Origin: an uncultured Spirochaetota bacterium
GTDB taxonomy: Bacteria > Spirochaetota > Brevinematia > Brevinematales > JAOACQ01
DNA length: 64,000 nt
Direction: 5' to 3'
NCBI GenBank assembly: GCA_963768055.1
Contig: CAVYGN010000001.1
Location: 192,001 to 256,000 of the forward strand
Shown here: piece by piece, positions 10,513 through 19,512 of the stretch
How positions within the stretch are numbered: the first letter of the stretch is position 1
Layout: every line of letters begins with the position of its first letter
Program-made: the position numbers and the translations under genes
Notes under the pieces: generated by a model
The model's database searches: none
What the model was told of the DNA's origin: nothing
Seen by the model: only the letters and a program-made list of their open reading frames with translations

Positions 10513-12354
10513 TCATATTAAGCCTGATTTCGGCAATTTGATAACAAACACTGCCCCTTTATCAGGTTCGCTTGAAGCCTCTATCGTTCCGTTATGATTT
10601 TGGATGATCTCAAAACAAAAACTCAATCCCAGCCCGGTTCCCTTACCCGCTTCCTTAGTTGTAAAAAAGGGTTCAAACAGGTGTTTCTTTACCTCTTCGG
10701 TCATACCCTTTCCAGTGTCCGAAACCTCTATCAAAATCCGATCTCCTGTGTCTTTTGTGCTAAGCTTTATATTTCCACCCTCGGGCATAGCATCGATAGC
10801 ATTATTGCAAAGATTTACTATGACCTGCTGTATCTGGTTCTTGTTGGCAATTATACGGGGTATTCCAGTCCCGTATTCTTTAATTATACTGATGCTTTTT
10901 ACTTTTGCAAGTCCCTCTACAAAAGATAATGTATCTTCTATGGTATGGTTTATATCAATTTCTTCGGCTTTTGTTTTATCCACCCTGGAAAATGTCAATA
11001 AGTCCCCTACCAGTTTCCGGCACCTCAAAGCCTCGCGTTCGATTGATTTCAACGGCATATAGAGCAGATCACCCGCTTTTATTCCCTTCACTATGCTTTG
11101 CGCAAACCCGAGTATAACTCCCATCGGATTATTGATCTCATGAGCTACTCCTCCCGCCAGCTGACCTACAGCAGCCATTTTCTCCGACTGGATCAACTGA
11201 GTTTGAGTTGTACTTAATTTATCATAAGCTTCCTGCAATTCCAGGGCTCTTTCCTGAAACACCTCTGTCCGGGCTTTTTCTGCGGCAAGCTCCTTTTCTT
11301 TTTTCTGCAGCAATAAAATCTCTCGCATATCCCTGGCTACTCCTACTACGCCTATTAAATCGCCCTCTTTATCTTTCATGGTCGATACTGAAAGGCTGAC
11401 TGGAATATCCTCACCTTTTTTTGTCCTAAAAAAAATCTGATGCCTGTCGAAAGATTTTTCTTTAAGCATTGCCGATTCTTTGCCCTCTAAAAATTGCCAT
11501 GCGCCTTCCGGGAACAGGATTGAAGCCGGACTCCCTGTTAATTCCTCACTTGTATATCCCAGCAGGGTCAAGGCGGCATTATTAACTTCGATGATTTTCC
11601 CCTCCGGACTTATGAGGACAAGAGAATCGCTCATAGTGGCGAGAATATCGGAAGCCGCGTAAGCTGGTGTAATGGTCATGAATCTATATTTAGTTATTCC
11701 ATAAATAATTGCGCTGACCAGGATAAGCGCCAAAATGGAACCTGACGGGGGGATGCTATAAATATTAAGCCTGGGAAGAACAATATCCATAAGCGACGCT
11801 GATAAAAAAAAGATCATACCGGAAGAAATAGTTAATATTATCCTTCTTTTTTCAAATGAATACCTTCTTTTTTTTAAAGTCGTATAACCGATATATAATA
11901 CGGTAATTGGAATCGAACAATAATAAGCATAAAAAAACCATGGCCAAACGGATTTTGACCACATAATCGACCACCCGTAGGATTGCCTTAATAGATCGGA
12001 AACCAGGTATCCCGTCCATTGTTTATATATAAAAAAAACAGGAATTAAAAAGATCAAATAGAAATACCATTTCCATAATATTTTATCATTATTCGATAAG
12101 ACAAGAGATAACCAGAGGGCGAAGACTGCGATACTGCACCAGCCGAATGAGGAAATATTCAGCCAAATGATGGCAATATCATGTGAAACCGATCCCTGGA
12201 TAAATGTAAAAGCAAGATTCCAGATAGCAATACTGGATATAAGTAAAATGCAGACTAATTTGGATAGGACTTTAAAATTCTTTGACACTACAAAAAAAAT
12301 CATCCATAAGTTGACAAGGAAAGCAGTGAAAAGGGACAGAGATAATAGACTCAT
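10513..12354 (-). CDS. 7TM-PAS sensor histidine kinase (paralog of 7424-9256)
   Basis: Same architecture; identical QSEKMAAVGQLAGGVAHEINNPMGVILGF segment. Confidence 0.92.
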   Translation of the reverse strand: MSLLSLSLFTAFLVNLWMIFFVVSKNFKVLSKLVCILLISSIAIWNLAFTFIQGSVSHDIAIIWLNISSFGWCSIAVFALWLSLVLSNNDKILWKWYFYLIFLIPVFFIYKQWTGYLVSDLLRQSYGWSIMWSKSVWPWFFYAYYCSIPITVLYIGYTTLKKRRYSFEKRRIILTISSGMIFFLSASLMDIVLPRLNIYSIPPSGSILALILVSAIIYGITKYRFMTITPAYAASDILATMSDSLVLISPEGKIIEVNNAALTLLGYTSEELTGSPASILFPEGAWQFLEGKESAMLKEKSFDRHQIFFRTKKGEDIPVSLSVSTMKDKEGDLIGVVGVARDMREILLLQKKEKELAAEKARTEVFQERALELQEAYDKLSTTQTQLIQSEKMAAVGQLAGGVAHEINNPMGVILGFAQSIVKGIKAGDLLYMPLKSIEREALRCRKLVGDLLTFSRVDKTKAEEIDINHTIEDTLSFVEGLAKVKSISIIKEYGTGIPRIIANKNQIQQVIVNLCNNAIDAMPEGGNIKLSTKDTGDRILIEVSDTGKGMTEEVKKHLFEPFFTTKEAGKGTGLGLSFCFEIIQNHNGTIEASSEPDKGAVFVIKLPKSGLI

Positions 12355-12454
12355 CTAATCACACCCCCGTCTATGGTGGACAAGATGTTAAACAGTTATT
12401 TTAATGCAAATAAATATTCTGTCAAGAATTATTATCGTTAATCCCCAGGTTATA

Positions 12455-13784
12455 TCACTGTTCAGATTGGTTTAACTGGCTGTCTTGGGATGTTCCCGGG
12501 TTATACGGATTGCCGTTCCCGTCGAACATATCAAAAGACTGGTCATTAAGTTTCAAGATTATCTCAAGCGGCCTTCCATTGTTCGGATTTGAAAACATCA
12601 CATCCTGAACCCCTGAAGCCAGGTAAACCGGGTTAAAAGCCGGCGGATTCGACGTATCATACAGGAAAGCATCCTGTGTATCCGCAACAACTTTTACAAT
12701 GCGTGTATTGTCAGGGCTTGTGAAATTACGAATATTGCCGTTATCAGGCACCACCACTGCGACATTGTCCTCTGCCGAGTTGCAGGGTATATAGCTTGAG
12801 TTGTTATAACAATAAAGGTCACCCATATGATAGGGATCCTGCCACCACCAGAAACCGTTATTCCAGAAACACCAGCGATCATAATCAGCATCATACCACC
12901 ACCAGCGATTATTGAAATTGCGCGTCCAGAAGAATTTATTTCCCAGATACCAGCCATACCAGTGATAACCGGAATTATCGATGTAGTGGCAATAGTTAAA
13001 ATTTTTGTCCTTATGCCAATAGTAGTTGTTGACACGGTTTTCAGTCTGGTTGAAATTGTTTATTCTGTCCTGCCACTCGATACTTCCGACCAATGTCATT
13101 TGCGACCGGACCATATTGTCATTGAAATTCCGGGGAGAAAAGGCCGTAGCGTTCAGGGGATGATTATCAAAACCGTCTTTTGGATAGGCAATAAAAGAAT
13201 GTTCCCTGTCTGTATGGATAACTTCTTCTCTGTTTACAATATAACCCGGTTCCGATGCAACGCCGAGTTTCTGCAGTTTTTTTCGTATATAATTTGGTTC
13301 ATACGGGTGATGGTGGACTACATTAGCGGTATTGACACCCGGACGGTTGTCTGATTGAATGGACCTGGGAACAGGCTTGGGCTGGTTATTATTCCGGAAT
13401 TGGCCCTGCGGTAATGGCTTGGGCTGGTTATTATTCCGGAATTGGCCCTGCGGTAATGGCTTGGGCTGGTTATTATTCCGGATTTGGTCCTGAGGTACCG
13501 GCTTGTTATTAGGCTGAAACTGAAGTTTGCCGTAAACCGGGGGCTGTTTTATCCCCTGCCCGGCAGGATTCTGTTTCTGTTGTGATGGAAAATTCTGATT
13601 ATGGCCGCCGCTCGATGGATGGTTCATATTAATTAATACTTGTTGATTTTTTGTGCCCGTCTGTTTGTTCTGGTTATTGTTCTTCGTAACAGCCGTTTTC
13701 TGGGGTTTCGCGCTGGTTAGCCGCAATAATATATGAGGCAAAAACTAAAATTGACGTCAGGATAATCGCTGCCAAGCGTTTCAT
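12455..13784 (-). pseudogene. Secreted Gln/Asn/Pro-repeat, Trp-rich hypothetical protein with an apparent frameshift after the signal peptide
   Basis: RBS GAGGTG and ATG 13784 encode MKRLAAIILTSILVFASYIIAA..., out of frame by one base with the 428-codon ORF ending at 12455. Confidence 0.6.
13374..13499. repeat. 42-bp tandem repeat (two exact copies, one degenerate) encoding NNNQPKPLPQGQFR
   Basis: GGCTTGGGCTGGTTATTATTCCGGAATTGGCCCTGCGGTAAT repeated. Confidence 0.9.
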
Positions 13785-13923
13785 ATTTCACCTCGTTCTT
13801 ATATTCGGTATTCGGAATAAATACCCGGTAAAAAATTATAATCAACGGCTTATGAAAATGCAAGCATCGGCAGTCGACAGTCAGTTTCGACTGATTGTTG
13901 ACTTTCGACTTCAGACTTTGTTA

Positions 13924-14541
13924 CGTATTGCCTCATTAAGAAATCTTCTTGAAATGTGTTTCGGTTGCCTCATCAAAAATCTACGTGAAATTATTCTTCT
14001 TTTTTTGAATTTCCTCCATCATGCCCCACCAGATCAACCTCAATAAACCCGGGAATAGTGTCGTCCCAATCAGCGAATGTCTTTATGGGTATCATGTGTT
14101 TTAGAAGCGTCCCGGGCTTTGTGTGCGATATGCCTTTCAGCGCAAGTTTTTTTCTTTCCGTTTTCAACTTCCGGTCGATTGTGGCAGGACTGATAGATGA
14201 AAGTTTTTGTTTAACTTCAGCATCAAAATATTTAATTTTAAATCTTTCCAGATTATTGATAGCTTCGTTTAATACAGGCTTCAGCCTTTTCCCACAGATA
14301 AAATCCATTAATTTCCAAATATATTTCAGGGCTTTTACAACTGCATCGTCATAAACAGGTTTTCTCTTATGAGGAGATTTAAATCTTGAATCGGCTTTAA
14401 AAAAGATTTCTTTCATCGTTAGCCTCTCCATTGTCTTCCTTCTGTATTGACACATGCGGAAGATTTTCTTAGACTATTTCGAGTAGATTTTTAATTGAGG
14501 CAACGATTCGTTTTTAAGAAGATTTTTGATGAGGTAATTCG
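13924..14541 (-). mobile_element. Internally deleted insertion sequence with ~70-bp imperfect inverted ends and a 5-bp TGTTA target duplication
   Basis: Left end CGTATTGCCTCATTAAGAAATCTTCTT...; right end reverse complement CGAATTACCTCATCAAAAATCTTCTT...; TGTTA at 13919-13923 and 14542-14546. Confidence 0.8.
13991..14431 (-). pseudogene. Truncated integrase-type (DDE) transposase
   Basis: ICGKRLKP, ISPATIDRKL, TKPGTLLK and PGFIEVDLVGHDGG motifs; stops right after the first catalytic Asp region. Confidence 0.8.
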
Positions 14542-14546
14542 TGTTA

Positions 14547-14575
14547 TTGACAAATAGGATGTCTGATTATATGAT
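14547..14575 (+). promoter_or_regulatory. sigma70 promoter of the LuxR pair
   Basis: TTGACA-17 nt-TATGAT directly after the IS target duplication. Confidence 0.7.
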
Positions 14576-14601
14576 TATTCCTTCCGGAGGTTATAAAACG
14601 G

Positions 14602-15489
14602 ATGCTGTATGCCCTGGTGATCGGTTATTTTTTAATCGGAGCCGCCGGTATAGCCCTTATCATTATGCTGCTAGTGTATTCAATCTTGCGGAAAAACCGG
14701 CTGATTTTTTATCTTTTTATATTAGTATTATCCCTCGAATTGATTTTAGAAGCCAATAGCATTAATTTTTTTCTTAAATTATTGTATTTGTATTTCCCTG
14801 ACTGGATAGGCGCTCCCGTCATCGGCTGTGCCGGATATATTATATTTCTCGCCGCCGTTCCCCTTCTTTATTTTGAAATACTGAAAATTAATCCTGTGAA
14901 GGCTCTTAAGATGCTCTTTTATATTCCGAGCCTTTTTTTTATGATGCTTTCAGCCGCTGTTTTCATTATTCCAGATTATCAAAATACCCGGATGATATCG
15001 CTGGAATATACCATCCTGCAATCCGCTTCATGGATCTTTTCCTCAGTTATTTCAATTTTAATGCTTACCCGCAAGAAATCTTCAATAGACGCCTGGTTTC
15101 CGCAGATTGCAGCTTTTCTTGTCCTGTCCCCGATTCTTATTTTTATAAGCCGTTATACACTTTTACCTGTTATTGCAGGTAACGGTACCGTTGCGTATCT
15201 GCTTTTCCTGCTTCAGGTAGCCGCTTTATTATCGTGGATGGCCGTTTTGATAGCGGGAATCAGGGCGAACAGGAAAATTTCGGGTATTTCCGTAAAGATT
15301 CCCGAACATTTCGGCTTGACTGCAAGGGAGTCTGAAGTCGCCGTTCTGGTTATTCATGGATTATCCAATCTTGAGATCGCCGGAAAATTATCGATTTCGC
15401 CGGAGACTGTCAAGAAACACGTTCAGAATATATTTCAAAAAACGAACAGTGAAAGCAAGATCGACCTGGCTAATAAATCTGTCCAATGA
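14602..15489 (+). CDS. Membrane-anchored LuxR-family HTH regulator
   Basis: ~7 TM helices, then LTARESEV...GLSNLEIA...ISPETVKKHVQNIFQK. Confidence 0.88.
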   Translation: MLYALVIGYFLIGAAGIALIIMLLVYSILRKNRLIFYLFILVLSLELILEANSINFFLKLLYLYFPDWIGAPVIGCAGYIIFLAAVPLLYFEILKINPVKALKMLFYIPSLFFMMLSAAVFIIPDYQNTRMISLEYTILQSASWIFSSVISILMLTRKKSSIDAWFPQIAAFLVLSPILIFISRYTLLPVIAGNGTVAYLLFLLQVAALLSWMAVLIAGIRANRKISGISVKIPEHFGLTARESEVAVLVIHGLSNLEIAGKLSISPETVKKHVQNIFQKTNSESKIDLANKSVQ

Positions 15490-16403
15490 TGCCCTTTTAC
15501 CAGAACCCGGTTCTTTTTTATTTTTTCTTCTTTTTGATCTCGCTGGGCTTTTTTATTATCTGTCTTTCATTTTATTATTCGGGTATACTTAAATCCAGGC
15601 TTTTACTTTTTTACAGCGTTTTTTTGGTCTGCTGGACATTGGATGTATTTATCGAGTTTATAATATTATACTGGTTTATCAATATTTTCAGCCCCTATTA
15701 TTTTCTGACTATTTATATTATCCTGATGTTCTTAAACAGCATGCTATATTATTTAATACCGGGATTCTTTTTTGAACTCGTCGGCAGGAAACTTTTTACT
15801 CCTGTCAGGTATTTTTTTATTCTTACCGGGATAATCACCTTTTTATTCCCGATATTTATCTATTTTCAAGAACGGTCGTTTTGGGCAAAAACATACCAGA
15901 TAGTCTTGGGGATGAGAATTTCGCTTATAACTGTTTCTATATCCTATGCGCTTTTAATGCTTGTTTCAATTCCCATGGTCATCAGAAACAGGCCCCGCTC
16001 CTTCCGGTCTTTTTTTGTTATTCTTTCCTCAATATACATTATTTTTGTACCCTTTTTCATTATGGATATCATGGACCTGAAGGGAAACTTTCTTGCAAGG
16101 GTTATTCACGGTATGGACAACGTAAATTCAATAATGCTTTTTTTCTTATTTTTGACCATCCTGAATCTTTCTTACGGGATTCTTTTCTTTTTAAAAATAC
16201 CGAATCCCGGTTCATCAACATTCTATCTTTCTAAACGGGAAAAGGAGATAGCCTCTCTTTTGATATCCGGAATTTCATATAAAGAAATTTCAGCCAGATT
16301 TTTCATATCTGAAAAAACAGTCAAATCCCATGCCTATAATATCTACCGGAAAACAGGATCTCACAACCGCGTTGAACTCAGGCGAAAGCTTTTAACCGGA
16401 TGA
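15486..16403 (+). CDS. Membrane-anchored LuxR-family HTH regulator
   Basis: ~7 TM helices, then LSKREKEI...ISEKTVKSHAYNIYRK. Confidence 0.88.
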   Translation: MMPFYQNPVLFYFFFFLISLGFFIICLSFYYSGILKSRLLLFYSVFLVCWTLDVFIEFIILYWFINIFSPYYFLTIYIILMFLNSMLYYLIPGFFFELVGRKLFTPVRYFFILTGIITFLFPIFIYFQERSFWAKTYQIVLGMRISLITVSISYALLMLVSIPMVIRNRPRSFRSFFVILSSIYIIFVPFFIMDIMDLKGNFLARVIHGMDNVNSIMLFFLFLTILNLSYGILFFLKIPNPGSSTFYLSKREKEIASLLISGISYKEISARFFISEKTVKSHAYNIYRKTGSHNRVELRRKLLTG

Positions 16404-16525
16404 ACCGATATTTTCAATCTACCCCTAAATCCTTATTTTTATCCTTTCCTACTTTCGGGTAATAGCCTTCGGGCCTGCGGATATGATAATATTTAAATAT
16501 TACTATTTCCGGGGCAGGAGCTGTT

Positions 16526-17446
16526 ATGATTACAAAAGCATCTTTAAAAAATAAGGAGATTATAAGCGGCTTCCTGTTTATGAGCCCTTTTTTTATACTT
16601 ATGGCGGTATTTGTAGTAACAGTATTTATCGACGGATTTATTATCAGCCTGAGCGACGCCAGGGGGATGAGCTTCGGGCATTACATCGGTTTCGATAATT
16701 TTACCAGGGTGCCTCCCGACTTGGGTTTCCTATTATCGATATTCAATACCGTAAAGATCTCCTTTACCTGCCTCCTGACGCAGGTGCCTATGGCCTTCCT
16801 CCTTGCATGCTGGATCAATTCCATACCATTCAAGAAGATCCAGGCACTCATCCAGGCGGCGTTTTTTGTACCTTGCCTTATGACTACAATGATAGTGGGT
16901 ATTCTCTTTCAGATGCTTTTCACAAGGGACCCTTTTACAGGGGGGCCTGATTTTATGAACTGGTTCTTCGGGCTGCTTCACCTTCCCCATAATTTCCAGT
17001 GGATGCTCGACAGGGACAACGAGTTTTTCATGGTAGTCTTCGCTTCCTTCTGGCAGAACATAGGATTCGAAGCCGTTTTATTCCTCGCCTATTTACAGGC
17101 GATCAATCATGACCTTTACGAAGCTGCCAGGATCGACGGGGCCAATTCGATACAGATATTCTTCAATATAAAAATACCCCTGATGCGGCCCGCCCTTACT
17201 TATGTTATTGTCACATCATTAGTTGCCAGCTTTCTGATGAACGAACTGACTTTAAGGCTTTTCCCCGGCGGCCCGTATAAGAGCGGCATAACGATCATAA
17301 ATTATATCTTATACCAGTTGATGTTGAACCAGAAAATGGATCTCGCCCTCGGTGCGGCCGAAGGGATTATCGCCTTCTTTATAATAATGGGGGTGAGCCT
17401 TCTGCAAATTCCTATTTTCGGGTTGGGAAGGGCGCATGAAGAATAA
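16526..17446 (+). CDS. Carbohydrate ABC transporter permease (MalF-like)
   Basis: GFDNF motif, EAA loop LYEAARIDGA, 6 TM helices. Confidence 0.9.
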   Translation: MITKASLKNKEIISGFLFMSPFFILMAVFVVTVFIDGFIISLSDARGMSFGHYIGFDNFTRVPPDLGFLLSIFNTVKISFTCLLTQVPMAFLLACWINSIPFKKIQALIQAAFFVPCLMTTMIVGILFQMLFTRDPFTGGPDFMNWFFGLLHLPHNFQWMLDRDNEFFMVVFASFWQNIGFEAVLFLAYLQAINHDLYEAARIDGANSIQIFFNIKIPLMRPALTYVIVTSLVASFLMNELTLRLFPGGPYKSGITIINYILYQLMLNQKMDLALGAAEGIIAFFIIMGVSLLQIPIFGLGRAHEE

Positions 17447-19493
17447 TAAAGGGCTGTCAGGGGCCGACGGAGTAAGGGCGATAGCATGCCTGATGGTCAT
17501 TTTTCATCATGTCGCCCAGAGGCTGGCTTTATACGACCAGGCGGGATGGGCACAGGAAATCCTTAAATTTTTTTTACTGGGGAACAGCGGGGTAAGCTTC
17601 TTCTTCGTCCTAAGCGGCTACCTGCTGGCTTTCCCGTTCTGGAACTCTTACCTGGAAGGGGGTGAATTTCCGGGATTAAAACAGTATGCCGTGAGGCGTG
17701 CCGCCAGGATCATGCCGGGGTATTACACCGCTTTGATCATATCAACTATCCTGGGTATTATATACCTTCCGGATTCTCGGCTTATATTTTTAAGGTTTTT
17801 TACGGGAATGACCTTTACTTCCGGATTTCATTATTTTACCCTGTTTCCTTCACTGATTGACGGCCCCTTATGGTCTATAAGTTTCGAGGTTTTCTGCTAT
17901 GTCCTGCTTCCCGTCTTCATGGCTGTTCTCTTCTTTTTCACCGGGAAAAAGCGGTCTTTTTCCAAGGCCGTTATATTCTGGATCGGGGCGGAAATATTCA
18001 TCCTTGCCGCCAACGGCCTCGTGCATGTCTTCTTCACCCCCGACAGTTTATACAGGGGCTGGGAATACGGCGTCACCGGAGGGTCGAAATGGTGGATGCC
18101 CAACTACAACCCTGTCGGGTTTTTCGCGCATTTCATGATGGGGGTCCTGGCATCCGGGGTGACGGTCAGGCTGGGAAAGCCTTCGGCATTGAAGGAAAGG
18201 TTATATAAAAAGGGTTTATTCGACATAGCCGCCATGCTTTTCCTGGTGTCGATAGTTTTATTATTATGGACGGTCAGGAACGAGGAAGAGTTTTCCATAG
18301 GCCTCCAGGGCCAGCCTTATTATTTCCCTTACATGACGATCCTTATTGGGGGGCTCCTGGTAACACTGGCGCATTCGAAATTTATTGGGGGCTGGCTTGA
18401 CAATCCCTTCTTCCGCTTCACGGCTAAGATTTCGTTCGGCCTTTACATATGGCATTATATTGTTATCAATTTTGTAAATTTTTACTTTGAGCGTTCATAT
18501 TATGAAAGCGGCATGAGGAACTGGGCGCCGTGGCTTATCACTTCGCTTGTTATGATCGCAGTTTCTTACATTATTGCAACTCTTTCCTATTATTTCCTTG
18601 AAAAGCCCTATATGGACAGGGCCCATCAAAGGCTGACGCGGCCTAAACCGGAATTCCGGATAAGGACAAAAATAAGACCCGGTTCTGTATTGAGCACGGT
18701 TCTTCTTTGCCTTCTTTCCCTTGTATTTATGTACCCTCTGGTCTGGCTCATCGACGCATCGCTTCGCCCTCAGCTCGAGATATGGCGAAACCCTCCGGTT
18801 TTGTTCCAAAAACCGATCTGGGAGTCGGTTTCGAGCTATACAAACCTTTCATACCGGATCAGTTTTTGGGGCTGGGGGAATGCCGGACTCCACCTTTTTA
18901 ATTCCGCTGTTATTACCTCGTCAGTTATTGTTTTAACCTTGATCATAAGTTCGATGTGCGCTTATGCGCTGGTTTTTATCAGGTTCCCGGGAAGAAAAAT
19001 TTTACTAGCCCTTGCGATAAGTTCGATTATGATACCGATGAATACGCTTCTTGTTTCTATCTTCAAGGTTTATATCGACCTTCATCTTTTAAACAGCTGG
19101 ATAGGCCTGATACTTCAATCGTCACTGTCGGGATTGGGCGTTTTCCTTTTACGGCAGTATTTCATCAAAATTCCCGTATCTTTCATTGAAACCGCAAGGA
19201 TGGACGGTGCCGGCCACCTGCAGATATGGTGGCATATCATCCTGCCGATGGCAAGGCCTGCTCTGGCTGCGCTTGCTATAATTCAATTCAGGCTGGCATG
19301 GAACGATTTTTTATTGCCGGCGGTTGTTTTGAGGGACATGAATCGTACAACCCTGCCCATATTGTTATATTTTATGGGCGGTTCAGGTCCGGGGCTCGCT
19401 ACCGGATTTATCGCCATAATGATACCCCTAAGCCTGTTTATAAAGTTCCATCGCCAGTTTATCGAGGGTTTCACAGGCGGTCTGAAAAGCTGA
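17436..19493 (+). CDS. Acyltransferase-3 (OafA-like) fused to a carbohydrate ABC permease (MalG-like)
   Basis: N-half: DGVRAIACLMVIFHH, FFVLSGY, RRAARIMP, WSISFE, ISFGLYIWH, YYFLEKP; C-half: FIETARMDGA, WNDFLLP. Confidence 0.85.
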   Translation: MKNNKGLSGADGVRAIACLMVIFHHVAQRLALYDQAGWAQEILKFFLLGNSGVSFFFVLSGYLLAFPFWNSYLEGGEFPGLKQYAVRRAARIMPGYYTALIISTILGIIYLPDSRLIFLRFFTGMTFTSGFHYFTLFPSLIDGPLWSISFEVFCYVLLPVFMAVLFFFTGKKRSFSKAVIFWIGAEIFILAANGLVHVFFTPDSLYRGWEYGVTGGSKWWMPNYNPVGFFAHFMMGVLASGVTVRLGKPSALKERLYKKGLFDIAAMLFLVSIVLLLWTVRNEEEFSIGLQGQPYYFPYMTILIGGLLVTLAHSKFIGGWLDNPFFRFTAKISFGLYIWHYIVINFVNFYFERSYYESGMRNWAPWLITSLVMIAVSYIIATLSYYFLEKPYMDRAHQRLTRPKPEFRIRTKIRPGSVLSTVLLCLLSLVFMYPLVWLIDASLRPQLEIWRNPPVLFQKPIWESVSSYTNLSYRISFWGWGNAGLHLFNSAVITSSVIVLTLIISSMCAYALVFIRFPGRKILLALAISSIMIPMNTLLVSIFKVYIDLHLLNSWIGLILQSSLSGLGVFLLRQYFIKIPVSFIETARMDGAGHLQIWWHIILPMARPALAALAIIQFRLAWNDFLLPAVVLRDMNRTTLPILLYFMGGSGPGLATGFIAIMIPLSLFIKFHRQFIEGFTGGLKS

Positions 19494-19512
19494 TTTAAAA
19501 AGGGAGTCGCCT

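Noticed and set aside
13374..13499. CRISPR array
   Set aside because: The repeats are contiguous, in-frame and have no spacers; no cas genes in the window.
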